Shown here one piece after another: positions 40,707 through 49,902 of a DNA stretch of 64,000 nucleotides. The stretch lies in contig JASGHJ010000002.1 of the NCBI GenBank assembly GCA_047602405.1, forward strand, positions 96,001 to 160,000. The letters run 5' to 3'. The translations under genes and the position numbers were made by a program. How positions within the stretch are numbered: position 1 is the first letter of the stretch; every line of letters starts with the position of its first letter. Source of the DNA: Anaeromyxobacteraceae bacterium (GTDB lineage Bacteria > Myxococcota > Myxococcia > Myxococcales > Anaeromyxobacteraceae). The notes beneath the pieces were generated by a model. The model was not told where the DNA came from. It saw only the letters and a program-made list of their open reading frames with translations, and searched no databases.

Positions 40707-42333
40707 GCGCACGCCGGGCGAGCCGGAGCCGGGCGCGCTCCGCTTCGGGGAGCTCATCGAGGGCTTCGCCGATCCGCTCGTCGCCGTGGACGCCGACGGG
40801 CGGATCCGCTACGCGAACGCCGCGACGAGCGCCGTGCTCGGGCACGGCCCGGCGGGCGTGATCGCCCGGCCGCTGTCGTCGCTCCTCCACCCCTCCGAGA
40901 GCCAGGCGCTGCTGGTCCGCCTGCACGACGTGCTCGCCGGCGGGAGCACCGCGGTCCTCGAGCACCGGATCCTGCGTGGAGACGGGCACTGGGAGCTCGT
41001 GGAGACCCTCCCGAACCGGCTGGTCGATCCGGCGGGCCGCAGCTCGCTCCTGCTCCACGTCCGCAGCATCGCCCGGCGCCGCGAGGCCGAGGAGGCGCTG
41101 CGCGCGAGCGAGCGGGAGCAGCGGGCGCTCGCCGAGCAGCTCCACCAGGCCCAGAAGCTCGAGAGCATCGGGCGCCTCGCCGGCGGCGTCGCGCACGACT
41201 TCAACAACCTCCTCACCGTCATGCTCGCCTGCGGCACCGAGCTCCGCGCCGCGGTGCCACGCGTCGACCCGGACCTCGTGGAGGCGTGCGACGATCTCCT
41301 CGGCGCGGCGCGCCGGGGCACCGAGCTGACCCAGCAGCTCCTCGCGTTCGCGCGCAAGCACCCGGGCGCCCCCGTGCGGACCGATCTCACCGAGGTGGTC
41401 CGGCAGACCGAGCGGCTCGTGGGCAGGGTCATCGGGGAGGACGTCCAGGTCCGCGAGGCGCTCACCGACGCACCGTGGCCGGTGCGGTGCGACCCGGGCC
41501 TGATGAGCCAGGTGCTCATGAACCTCGCGGTGAACGCCCGGGACGCCATGCCCCAGGGCGGCACGCTGACGCTCTCGACCGAGAACGTGGTGCTCGGTCC
41601 GGAGGCCGCGGCGGAGCGGGCGGTGGCGCCCGGGCGCTACGTGCGGCTCGGGGTGGAGGACGACGGGAAGGGGATGTCGGCCGAGGTGCTGCAGCACGTC
41701 TTCGAGCCCTTCTTCACCACGAAGGCCCCCGGCGCCGGCACCGGCCTCGGGCTCGCGACCGTCTACGGCATCGTGAAGCAGAGCGGGGGGCACGTGAACG
41801 TCCGCTCCGCGCCCGGCGCGGGCACGCGCTTCGAGCTGCTCTTCCCGGCCGCCGAGGCCGCGGCCGCCCCGGCGCCCCCCGAGGAGGGCCCCATGCCCGG
41901 CGGGACGGAGCGGGTGCTGCTCGTGGAGGACGACGAGGCGATCCGCAAGATCGCCGCCCGGGTGCTCCGGCGCGCGGGCTACGACCTCGCGGTCGCCGAC
42001 GGTGGCGAGGCCGCCATCGAGCTCCTGCGGCTCGGCCCGCCGTTCGACCTCGTGGTGACCGACGTCGTGATGCCCGGCGTGGGGGGGCGCGAGCTCGCCC
42101 TGTTCGCGGAGGCGCTGGGCCCCCGGCCGAGGGTGCTCTTCATGTCGGGCTTCCCGGACGCCGCGGCCACGCGGCTCGGGCCCCTCGCCGACGAGCTGCA
42201 CCTGCTCGCGAAGCCCTTCTCGGGCTCCGCGCTCCTCACGCGGGTGCGGGCGGTGCTGGGCGGGCCGCGGCCGTCCGCTACGGGAACAGCGTCTCCGGCA
42301 GCCGCGGGTTCGCCTGGGCCTTCTCGGTCGTGA
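40696..42333 (+). CDS. PAS-domain hybrid histidine kinase (PAS-HisKA-HATPase-REC)
   Basis: QAQKLESIGRLAGGVAHDFNN, NARDAMP, GTGLGL, C-terminal receiver; TTG start overlaps the hydrolase stop. Confidence 0.9.
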   Translation: MSPERTPGEPEPGALRFGELIEGFADPLVAVDADGRIRYANAATSAVLGHGPAGVIARPLSSLLHPSESQALLVRLHDVLAGGSTAVLEHRILRGDGHWELVETLPNRLVDPAGRSSLLLHVRSIARRREAEEALRASEREQRALAEQLHQAQKLESIGRLAGGVAHDFNNLLTVMLACGTELRAAVPRVDPDLVEACDDLLGAARRGTELTQQLLAFARKHPGAPVRTDLTEVVRQTERLVGRVIGEDVQVREALTDAPWPVRCDPGLMSQVLMNLAVNARDAMPQGGTLTLSTENVVLGPEAAAERAVAPGRYVRLGVEDDGKGMSAEVLQHVFEPFFTTKAPGAGTGLGLATVYGIVKQSGGHVNVRSAPGAGTRFELLFPAAEAAAAPAPPEEGPMPGGTERVLLVEDDEAIRKIAARVLRRAGYDLAVADGGEAAIELLRLGPPFDLVVTDVVMPGVGGRELALFAEALGPRPRVLFMSGFPDAAATRLGPLADELHLLAKPFSGSALLTRVRAVLGGPRPSATGTASPAAAGSPGPSRS

Positions 42334-43039
42334 GCCGGAGCCGGAGCTCCTCGCCCTGCCAGACCTCGATGGCGCGGGGGAACCAGTCGCCGCCGGTGGG
42401 GCTGCCCCAGCCGAGGAGCCGCACGTCGTAGAGCGTCCCGCCCTCCTGCGCGACGAGGCGCGCGGGCTGGAAGGTGTCCTTCTCGACCATCGCGAGCGGC
42501 CTCGCGTCCTTCGCGCGCGCCCCGAGGACGTAGACCACCTTGCCCTCGAAGCGTCCGAGCGAGGCGTCGGCGAGGCCGACGCCGCGGCGGCCGAGCGCGG
42601 CGGCGTAGTTGCCCGGCGCGTCGCCGGACACCGTCGTCGCGAGGAGCGTGCAGACCGCGCGCACGAGCGCGGCGGCGGGCGCGGAGTCGGCGAGCGCGCC
42701 CTTGCCGGTGACCTTGCCGTCGCGCAGCGAGGCGAAGGTGCGGTCGGCCTCGGCCACCTCGGGCCCGCCGGCCTCGAGCCGGCAGCGGCCGGGGATCTTG
42801 AGGTCGAGCCGGGCGGGGAGGGCGACGCGCTGCGCGCCGGCGCGGCCGGCGGTGGCCGCGAGCTTCTCGGCCCCGGGCCCCTCGGCGCGGAGCGTCCCGG
42901 TGACCTCGAGCGCCTCGAGGTTGAGCGCGGCGCGCTTCTCGCCCATGCGCTTCAGGATCCCGGAGACCGGCAGGACGTACGCGAGCGCCGGGACCGCCGC
43001 GGCGAGCGCGACGGCGGCGGCGAGGCGGCGGGCCCTCAC
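42278..43039 (-). CDS. exported hypothetical protein (LolA/lipoprotein-sorting-like fold possible)
   Basis: GTGA overlap with galU, signal peptide, WFPRAIE and NPRLPETLF C-terminus. Confidence 0.7.
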   Translation of the reverse strand: MRARRLAAAVALAAAVPALAYVLPVSGILKRMGEKRAALNLEALEVTGTLRAEGPGAEKLAATAGRAGAQRVALPARLDLKIPGRCRLEAGGPEVAEADRTFASLRDGKVTGKGALADSAPAAALVRAVCTLLATTVSGDAPGNYAAALGRRGVGLADASLGRFEGKVVYVLGARAKDARPLAMVEKDTFQPARLVAQEGGTLYDVRLLGWGSPTGGDWFPRAIEVWQGEELRLRLTTEKAQANPRLPETLFP

Positions 43040-43902
43040 TTCGAGAGCTCCCGCAGCCACTCCCGGAGCGGGCCGGCGAGCTCGGGCCGCTTCAGCGCGT
43101 AGGCGACGTTGGCCTTCAGGTAGCCGAACCGGTCGCCCGCGTCGTAGCGGTCGCCCTCGAAGCGGTAGCCGAGGAGACCCTCCTCGCGCGCCAGCACCGC
43201 GAGCGCGTCGGTGAGCTGGATCTCGCCGCCCACGCCGGGCCGGACCTGCTCGAGCACCTCGAAGATGCGCGGCGGGAGCACGTAGCGGCCGATCACCGCG
43301 AGGTTCGAGGGCGGGTCCTTCTTCGGCTTCTCGACCAGCCGCTCGATCTTCATCGTGCGCTCGTCGACCGGCTTGCCGGCGGCGATGCCGTACATGCCGG
43401 TGTCCTCGCGCGGGACCTCCATGAGCGCGATGGTCCCGAGCCCGTGCCGGTCCCAGCAGTCGGCGAGCTGCTTCGTGCCCGGCACCGCGGCGTCGATGAT
43501 GTCGTCCCCCAGCATGACCACGAACGGCTCGTCGCCGACGAGGTCCTTCGCGCAGAGCACCGCGTGGCCCAGGCCGAGCGGCTCCTGCTGGCGGACCGTC
43601 ACGACGTTCGCCATCTGCGCGATCGCCCGCATCTGCTTCTTGAGCTCGGCCTTGCCGGTCCGCTCGAGGTTCGCCTCGAGCTCGCCCGCGATGTCGAAGT
43701 GATCGGCGATGGAGTCCTTGCCGCGCGCGACCACCAGGATCACGTCCCGCACGCCGGCCGCGACGGCCTCCGCGACGATGTACTGGATCGTCGGGGTGTC
43801 GACGATGGGCAGCATCTCCTTCGGGACGGCCTTCGTCGCCGGCAGGAAGCGGGTGCCCAGCCCGGCGGCGGGGATGACGGCCTTGCGGATCTTCTTCGCC
43901 AT
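43036..43902 (-). CDS. galU: UTP--glucose-1-phosphate uridylyltransferase
   Basis: KAVIPAAGLGTRFLPATKAVPKEMLP, LVEKP, GEIQLTDA. Confidence 0.97.
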   Translation of the reverse strand: MAKKIRKAVIPAAGLGTRFLPATKAVPKEMLPIVDTPTIQYIVAEAVAAGVRDVILVVARGKDSIADHFDIAGELEANLERTGKAELKKQMRAIAQMANVVTVRQQEPLGLGHAVLCAKDLVGDEPFVVMLGDDIIDAAVPGTKQLADCWDRHGLGTIALMEVPREDTGMYGIAAGKPVDERTMKIERLVEKPKKDPPSNLAVIGRYVLPPRIFEVLEQVRPGVGGEIQLTDALAVLAREEGLLGYRFEGDRYDAGDRFGYLKANVAYALKRPELAGPLREWLRELSK

Positions 43903-43992
43903 AGGTGGCGGCAATCTACCGCCCCTCCGGGCGGGCAGGTACCCCGTACCCGCGGGGCTGTGTCGCGCGGGGGGCTCGGCGCCCTGTGCTTC

Positions 43993-44075
43993 GAGGGGGC
44001 GTAGCCCCCTCCCCGTGGAGCGGAGCTCCACGGGGCCCCTCCCCGGAGCTGCTCCGCTGCGCTTCGCAGGGGGCC
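43993..44075. repeat. cluster of short GC hairpins (REP-like)
   Basis: GAGGGGGC-GTA-GCCCCCTC, CCCCGTGGAGC-GGA-GCTCCACGGGG, CGGAGC-T-GCTCCG and CTGCG-CTT-CGCAG back to back. Confidence 0.6.
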
Positions 44076-44110
44076 TGTCCGGGATCACGGGCGGTCCGCG
44101 TGCCCGGGGC

Positions 44111-44476
44111 TCAGGCCCGGGCGACGTGCTCCCGCTGCTCTGCCTCGGCCTTGCAGGTCACGCAGAGGTCGGTGATCGGCCGCGCCCGGAGCCGCTCGGG
44201 CGGGATCGGCCCGCCGCACGCCGTGCACCGCCCGAACGTGCCGGCCTCGAGCCGGGCGAGGGCGCCCCGGACCTTCTCCTCGAGCCTGAGCTCGCGATCG
44301 TGCAGCCGCACGCTGCGCGCGCGGACCTCCTCGGCCGTGGCGCGGTCGGCGGGATCGGGCAGCTCCTCCGCGCCCGGCCCCGCGAGGTCGCCCGCGACGC
44401 GGCGCTCCTCCTCGACGACCGCGGCGAGCAGCGCCTCCAGCCTGTGACGGTACCGCTCCACCTCGCGCTTCCGCAT
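44111..44476 (-). CDS. DksA/TraR C4 zinc-finger protein
   Basis: DPADRA coiled-coil tip (DxxDxA); CTAC...ERLRARP...CVTC. Confidence 0.9.
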   Translation of the reverse strand: MRKREVERYRHRLEALLAAVVEEERRVAGDLAGPGAEELPDPADRATAEEVRARSVRLHDRELRLEEKVRGALARLEAGTFGRCTACGGPIPPERLRARPITDLCVTCKAEAEQREHVARA

Positions 44477-44533
44477 GGCGTGCCTCCGTCGTCCATGACG
44501 TTAACGCCTCCGCCGGTGCGCGGGCCAGCATCC

Positions 44534-44562
44534 TTGCCGGGGGCCCCGAGCGACCGTATCCT
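44534..44562 (+). promoter_or_regulatory. sigma70-like promoter, probably leaderless transcript
   Basis: TTGCCG-N17-TATCCT ending 6 nt before GTG 44569. Confidence 0.55.
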
Positions 44563-44568
44563 CGCCCG

Positions 44569-45441
44569 GTGACCTCGCGAATCCCGAGTGCCCTCGCGGC
44601 CTTCGTGGCCTGCCTCGCCGCCGCCCTCTGCGCGCCTGCGCGCGCGGCGGATTCACCCCCCGTCCCGCCCCTCCCGATCCTCGCCGGCGCGCGGACGGTC
44701 GGCCTGTCGGCGAGCGTGGGCACGTTCTCGGGCAACGACGGCATCTTCGTGAACCCGGCCGCCATCGCGGCCCGGCGCCGGTACTCGATCGAGCTCGGCG
44801 GCCTGCTCGAGCGGCGGGGCGCGGAGTCCCCGGCGCAGGTGCTCCAGGGCTCGGTGGTGGACGCCATCAGCTCGCCCATCGCGGCGGGGCTCGCCTGGGA
44901 CAAGGTGCTGAAGGGCCCCTACGAGGGCTCGGTCATCGACCTCGCGCTCGCGGGCGCAGCCTCCACCGGCGTCTACCTCGGCGCGTCGGCGAAGTATCTC
45001 TCGGTGGACGGCCCCAGGAAGGCGAAGGCGGCGACCGTCGACGCGGGCCTCTTCTGGCAGGTGACCGAGTTCGTCGCCATCGGCGGCGCCGGCTACAACC
45101 TCGTGCCCATCGGCAACGAGGAGCTCGCGCCGCGCATGGCGGGCGCCGGCCTGACCCTCGGCACCGACCGGTTCGCGCAGGTGAGCGCGGAGTGGACCGG
45201 CAACCTCGACGCCCCGAAGACGCTCAACCGGTACGCGGTCGGCGTGGAGGCGCTGCTCGGCAACATGTTCCCGGTCCGCGCCGGGTTCGTGAAGGACGAG
45301 TTCCTCGACACGCGCTGGTGGTCGGCGGGCGTCGGCGTCGTGCAGGGCCGGGTGGGCATCGACCTCGGCTACCGGCAGTCGCTCGACGCGAGCTCCGCGC
45401 GCACCCTCTCGGTGAGCTTCAAGAGCTACTTCACCGAGTGA
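44569..45441 (+). CDS. outer-membrane beta-barrel protein (PorV/FadL-like NPA motif)
   Basis: Signal peptide, GARTVGL...IFVNPAAI, amphipathic strands. Confidence 0.75.
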   Translation: MTSRIPSALAAFVACLAAALCAPARAADSPPVPPLPILAGARTVGLSASVGTFSGNDGIFVNPAAIAARRRYSIELGGLLERRGAESPAQVLQGSVVDAISSPIAAGLAWDKVLKGPYEGSVIDLALAGAASTGVYLGASAKYLSVDGPRKAKAATVDAGLFWQVTEFVAIGGAGYNLVPIGNEELAPRMAGAGLTLGTDRFAQVSAEWTGNLDAPKTLNRYAVGVEALLGNMFPVRAGFVKDEFLDTRWWSAGVGVVQGRVGIDLGYRQSLDASSARTLSVSFKSYFTE

Positions 45442-46259
45442 CCGCCGCCGGCCGGGCCCACGCCCGGCCGCGGCAGCTCGGGCAGCACCACCGGCGCGCC
45501 GGAGGCGGCGTTCTCGCCCCGCCACACCGGGACCCCCCACACCTCGCGGATGAGGTCGCCGCGGAGCACGTCGCGGGGGCGGCCCTCGGCCACCACCCGG
45601 CCACCGTGCACGACCACGATCCGGTCGCACGCCGCGCCGGCGAGGTTGAGGTCGTGCAGCACCGCGATCACCGAGAGGCCGCCCTCGGCCGCCACGCGCG
45701 CCATCCTCATGGCCGCGACCTGGTGGGCGAGGTCGAGGAAGGCGGTGGGCTCGTCGAGGAGCAGCACCCGCGGCTCCTGCGCCAGCGCCCGCGCGAAGAA
45801 GACGCGCCGGCGCTCGCCGCCGGAGAGCGCGTCGAGGCGGCGGTCGGCGAGGCCGACGAGGTCGCAGGCGGCGAGCGCGCCCTCCACCGCGCCGCGGTCG
45901 AACCGGTCCGCGACCGCGAGGAGCCCCTGCCGCGCCGAGCGGCCCATCATCACCGCCTCGCGGACGGTGAACGGCCAGGCCACCTTCGGCTCCTGCGGGA
46001 CGAGCGCGCAGACCTGGGCGACCTCCCGGCGCGGGGCCGCGTGGGGATCGAGCCCGGCGAGGCGCACGGTGCCCGCCCGCGGCGCCGCGAGCCCGGCCAC
46101 GAGCCGGACGAGCGTGGACTTCCCGGCGCCGTTCGGGCCCACGAGCCCCACGAACTCGCCCTCGCGCGCCTGGAAGGAGACCCCCGCGAGCGCCGCCGCG
46201 CAGCCGTAGGCGAAGTGGACGTCCCGGACGTCCACGATGGGAGGGGCGCCGTCGCTCAC
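45426..46259 (-). CDS. ABC importer ATP-binding protein (BtuD/FecE-like)
   Basis: GPNGAGKST, LSGGERRR, LLDEPTAFLDL.HQ, LHDLNLA. Confidence 0.93.
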   Translation of the reverse strand: MSDGAPPIVDVRDVHFAYGCAAALAGVSFQAREGEFVGLVGPNGAGKSTLVRLVAGLAAPRAGTVRLAGLDPHAAPRREVAQVCALVPQEPKVAWPFTVREAVMMGRSARQGLLAVADRFDRGAVEGALAACDLVGLADRRLDALSGGERRRVFFARALAQEPRVLLLDEPTAFLDLAHQVAAMRMARVAAEGGLSVIAVLHDLNLAGAACDRIVVVHGGRVVAEGRPRDVLRGDLIREVWGVPVWRGENAASGAPVVLPELPRPGVGPAGGGHSVK

Positions 46260-47287
46260 GTCCCCTCCGACCGCTCCTGGTTGCGCAGGAGCCAGAGGAA
46301 GAACGGCCCGCCGAGGAACGCGGTCACGGCGCCCACCGGGGGCTCGGTGCCGAGCGGCAGGAACGCGAGGCGCGCGCCGGCGTCGGCGAGCACGAGGAAC
46401 GCGGCGCCGAAGAGCGCGGACGCGGGCACGAGCCGCCGGTGATCCGGGCCGGTCACCCGCCGCACGAGATGCGGGACGATGAGCCCGACGAAGCCGACCA
46501 TGCCGGCGAGCGCGACCGCCGCGCCGGTGGCGGCGCTCGCGGCGAAGAAGACGAGCGCGCGGGAGCGCGGCACGTCGACGCCCAGCGACGCCGCCTCGTC
46601 GTCGGCGAGGGTCAGGAGGTTGAGGCGCGCCGAGAGCGCGACGAGCGCGCCCACCGAGAGGAGCACGAGCGCCGCGCCGGCGGCGATGGTGGCGGGCGTC
46701 TCGTAGCCGACCGCGCCGAGGAGCCAGTAGAGGAGCCGGCTCGCCTGCTCGGGCGGGACGAGCATCTTGATGAGCGTGATGACGCCCGCGACGAAGGCGT
46801 TGAAGACGATGCCGACGAGGAGCGCCGCCTCCGGGACGAGCCGCCCGCCGACCCGCCCGAGGCCGAACACCAGGAACGTCGAGGCGACCGCGCCCGCCAC
46901 CGCGCCGAGCGCGACCGGCGGCGCCGAGAGGAGCGCGTCCGCTCCGCCGGCGACGAGCCGCGAGACGCCGGCCGCCGCGACGACCACGAGCGTGCCGCCG
47001 AGCGCCGCGCCACCCGAGACGCCGAGCACGAACGGCTCCGCGAGCGGGTTGCGGAGCAGCGCCTGGAGCGCCGCGCCCGCGGCGGCGAGGGCGCAGCCGA
47101 CGAGCGCGGCCACGAGCGCGCGCGGGAGCCTGAGGCCGATCACGATTGACGCGTCGGGGTCGGCCCCGGCGAGCGCGGCCCGGAGCGACACCGGCTGCGG
47201 CCCGAGCGCGACCGAGGCGGCCACGGCGAGGGCGATCGCGAGGAGGCCCGCGGCGGCGAGCAGGGCGATGGGCGGTGACCGGTTCAT
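46256..47287 (-). CDS. ABC importer permease (BtuC/FecCD family)
   Basis: RLPR, LRNPLAEPFVLGVSGGA, GFVGLIVPH, PVGAVTAFLGGPFF. Confidence 0.93.
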   Translation of the reverse strand: MNRSPPIALLAAAGLLAIALAVAASVALGPQPVSLRAALAGADPDASIVIGLRLPRALVAALVGCALAAAGAALQALLRNPLAEPFVLGVSGGAALGGTLVVVAAAGVSRLVAGGADALLSAPPVALGAVAGAVASTFLVFGLGRVGGRLVPEAALLVGIVFNAFVAGVITLIKMLVPPEQASRLLYWLLGAVGYETPATIAAGAALVLLSVGALVALSARLNLLTLADDEAASLGVDVPRSRALVFFAASAATGAAVALAGMVGFVGLIVPHLVRRVTGPDHRRLVPASALFGAAFLVLADAGARLAFLPLGTEPPVGAVTAFLGGPFFLWLLRNQERSEGT

Positions 47288-47472
47288 GCGACGCGGGCCC
47301 CGCGGCCGCCGCGGCGCCACGGCCGGGGGGCGAAGGGGGCCGCATCATGCGCGGGGTGGCCCGGACGGGCAAGGCGCCCGGCGGCTGCGCCCCGGGTCCG
47401 TCCCGCTGCGCCGGACGTCACGTCCCCCCGCGCCGGCCCTCCCGGTTCCGTCCACCGCTCCCTGGAGGCCGC

Positions 47473-48946
47473 ATGCCGACCCCGATCCGACCCGTCCACG
47501 CCCTGGCCCTCTCGCTCGCGCTGGCCGTCCCCGCGGCGCGCGCCGCCGAGGCCGATCGCATCCCCATCACCACCCCGTCCGCCGAGGCGCGGGCGCTCTA
47601 CGTCGAGGGGCGCGCCTTCGCCGAGGCGCTCCGCGCGAACGACGCGCGCCCGCGGTTCGAGGCGGCGATCGCGAAGGACCCCGACTTCGCGCTCGCGCAC
47701 TTCGGCCTCGCCGGCGTCGCCTTCGGCGGGCAGGCGTTCTTCGACAGCTTGAAGCGCGCGGTCGAGCTCGCGCCGAAGGTCTCGTCCGGCGAGCGCCACC
47801 TCATCCTCGCGCTCGCCGCCGGCGCGCGCGGCGATCGCGAGGCGCAGGAGAGGGAGCTCGCCGCGCTGCGGGCGGAGTACCCGAAGGATTCCGCGCGCGC
47901 TCGTGCCGACCGCGAACCTCCGCTTCGGCCAGCAGCGCTACGAGGAGACGGTGAAGCTCTACGAGGAGGTCATCGCGCTCGAGCCGACCTGGGCGTTCCC
48001 CTACAACCAGCTCGGCTACGCGAACCGGTTCCTCGGGCGCTACGACGCCGCCGAGCAGGCCTTCGCGCGCTACGTCGCGCTCGTGCCGAACGACCCGAAC
48101 CCGCACGACTCCCTCGGCGAGCTCTACCTGAAGGCCGGGAAGTTCGAGCAGGGCATCGCCTCGTACCACAAGGCGCTCGAGGTCGAGCCGAGCTTCATCC
48201 CCTCCTACGTCGGCATCGCGAACTGCGAGCTCGGCCTCGGCCGCCCCGCCGCCGCACGCGCGACGCTCGCGAAGCTCCGCGCGCTCGCCCGGAACCCGGG
48301 CGACGTCCGCACGAGCGTGTTCTGGACCGCCGTCGCCTGGCTCCACGAGGGGAAGCCGGACCAGGCGCTCCAGGCGTTCGAGGAGAACCTGAGGCAGTCG
48401 CGCGGCGCCGGCGACCTCGCCAACCACTCGGCCGACCTCGTCGTCGCCGCCAACATCCAGCTCCTCTGGGGCCGGCCGGCGGCCGCCCAGAAGAGCTTCG
48501 AGGCGGCGGTGAAGGCGATGGAGGGCGCCAAGGTGGAGGAGCCCGTGAAGGAGGGCGTGCGGCGGAACCACCGCTTCTTCGCGGGCTGGGTCGCCGCGGT
48601 GAAGGGGGACCTCGCGGCGGCGAGGAAGCACGCCGACGCCTACCGCGCGGCCGCGACCGCGAAGGGGCTGCCCTTCGAGCTCCGCCGCGTGCACGAGCTC
48701 GACGGCCACCTCGCGCTCCTCGGGAAGGACCCCGCGCGCGCGGCCGCCGAGCTCCGGCAGGCCAACCAGAACGACCCGTACGTCCTCGCCCTGCTCGCCC
48801 GGGCCCTCGAGGGAGCGGGCAAGCCCGCCGAGGCGCGCGCCGCCTGGCGGGAGGCCGCCGCGTACAACGAGATCGGGTTCCCGATCTCGTGGGCCTTCGT
48901 CCGCGCCGAGGCGGCGCGGCGCGAGAAGGCGCTCCCGCCGAGCTGA
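47473..48946 (+). CDS. exported TPR protein, apparent frameshift at 47889/47890
   Basis: GGAGG RBS, signal peptide, TTPSAEA..Y..G, DPDFALAH, NPHDSLGE. Removing one T gives continuous PKDPRALVPTANL. Confidence 0.85.
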
Positions 48947-48963
48947 GGGGCGGCCCGCCACCA

Positions 48964-49902
48964 TCACCCGGGGTGGATCATCCGGAACATCCGCTCGAGC
49001 CCGCGCACCATGCGCGGGCCCGCGCGGAGCACGTCGTCGTCCGGGAGGCGCGCGACGGCGCCCTTCCGGACCGCGGGGATGGCGCGCAGCCGGCCGATGC
49101 CCTCGGCCGGCTCGAGCGCCGCGGCGTCGACCACGAGGGCCGGGTCGTCGGCGACCGCCTTCTCGAGCGGGTAGACCGGCCAGGGCCGCTCGCCCTTGAC
49201 GACGTTCTCGGCGCCGGCGATCCGCAACAGCTCGTCCGGGAAGGAGCCCGGCCCCGCCACGACGAGCGGCTCCCGGCCGACGACGAAGAGCACCCGCGGC
49301 CGCGCGAGGCCGGCGGAGGCTCTGCGCACCGCCTCCACCCGCGCCGAGAGCTCGGCCGCGAGCTGCTCGCCTGCCGCCGGCGCGCCGAGCGCGTCGCCCA
49401 CGATGCGCGGCAGCGCGAGCACGTCGGCGACGCTGATGACCGGGATCGCGAGGACGGCGAACGGCCGCCGGGAGGAGAGGGCGAGCTCCGCGATGCGGCG
49501 CACCGCGGGCAGCGCGCCGCCGTCGGTCACCCAGAGCACGAGGTCCGGCGCGAGGCCCACCACGGCCTCCGGGCTCGGGTCGATGAAGCCGCCGACGCGC
49601 GGGAGATCCTTCACCTCCGGCGCGTCGTCGAGCCGGGTCACGCCGACGAGCCGGTCGCGCAGGCCGAGGGCGAGCACGACGTCGGTGAGGCTCGGCGCGA
49701 GCACGACCACCCGGCGCGGCGCGGCGGGCCGCTGGCCGACCCAGAGGCTGCCGCCGTCGGCGGCGCCCTTGCCGGTGGGCTTGAGGAGGTCGCCCCGCGA
49801 CTCCGCGCCCCTCGACTCCGCGGCGCTGCGCGCCGCTACGCTCGGGGTGAGCGGGGCTTGAGCGAAGGCGACGAGCGCCGCGACCGCGAGCGCGCGGATC
49901 AC
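48964..49902 (-). CDS. cobalamin-type helical-backbone substrate-binding protein (BtuF-like)
   Basis: RVVVLAPSLTD, VGGFIDPSPEAVVGLAPDLV, LRAGPR; last gene of the riboswitch operon. Confidence 0.88.
   Translation of the reverse strand: MIRALAVAALVAFAQAPLTPSVAARSAAESRGAESRGDLLKPTGKGAADGGSLWVGQRPAAPRRVVVLAPSLTDVVLALGLRDRLVGVTRLDDAPEVKDLPRVGGFIDPSPEAVVGLAPDLVLWVTDGGALPAVRRIAELALSSRRPFAVLAIPVISVADVLALPRIVGDALGAPAAGEQLAAELSARVEAVRRASAGLARPRVLFVVGREPLVVAGPGSFPDELLRIAGAENVVKGERPWPVYPLEKAVADDPALVVDAAALEPAEGIGRLRAIPAVRKGAVARLPDDDVLRAGPRMVRGLERMFRMIHPG
49809..49854 (+). repeat. REP-like palindromic element inside the btuF-like CDS
   Basis: CCCTCGACTCCGC...GCTCGGGGTGAGCGG matches both ends of the intergenic element at 63030-63078. 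Confidence 0.65.
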
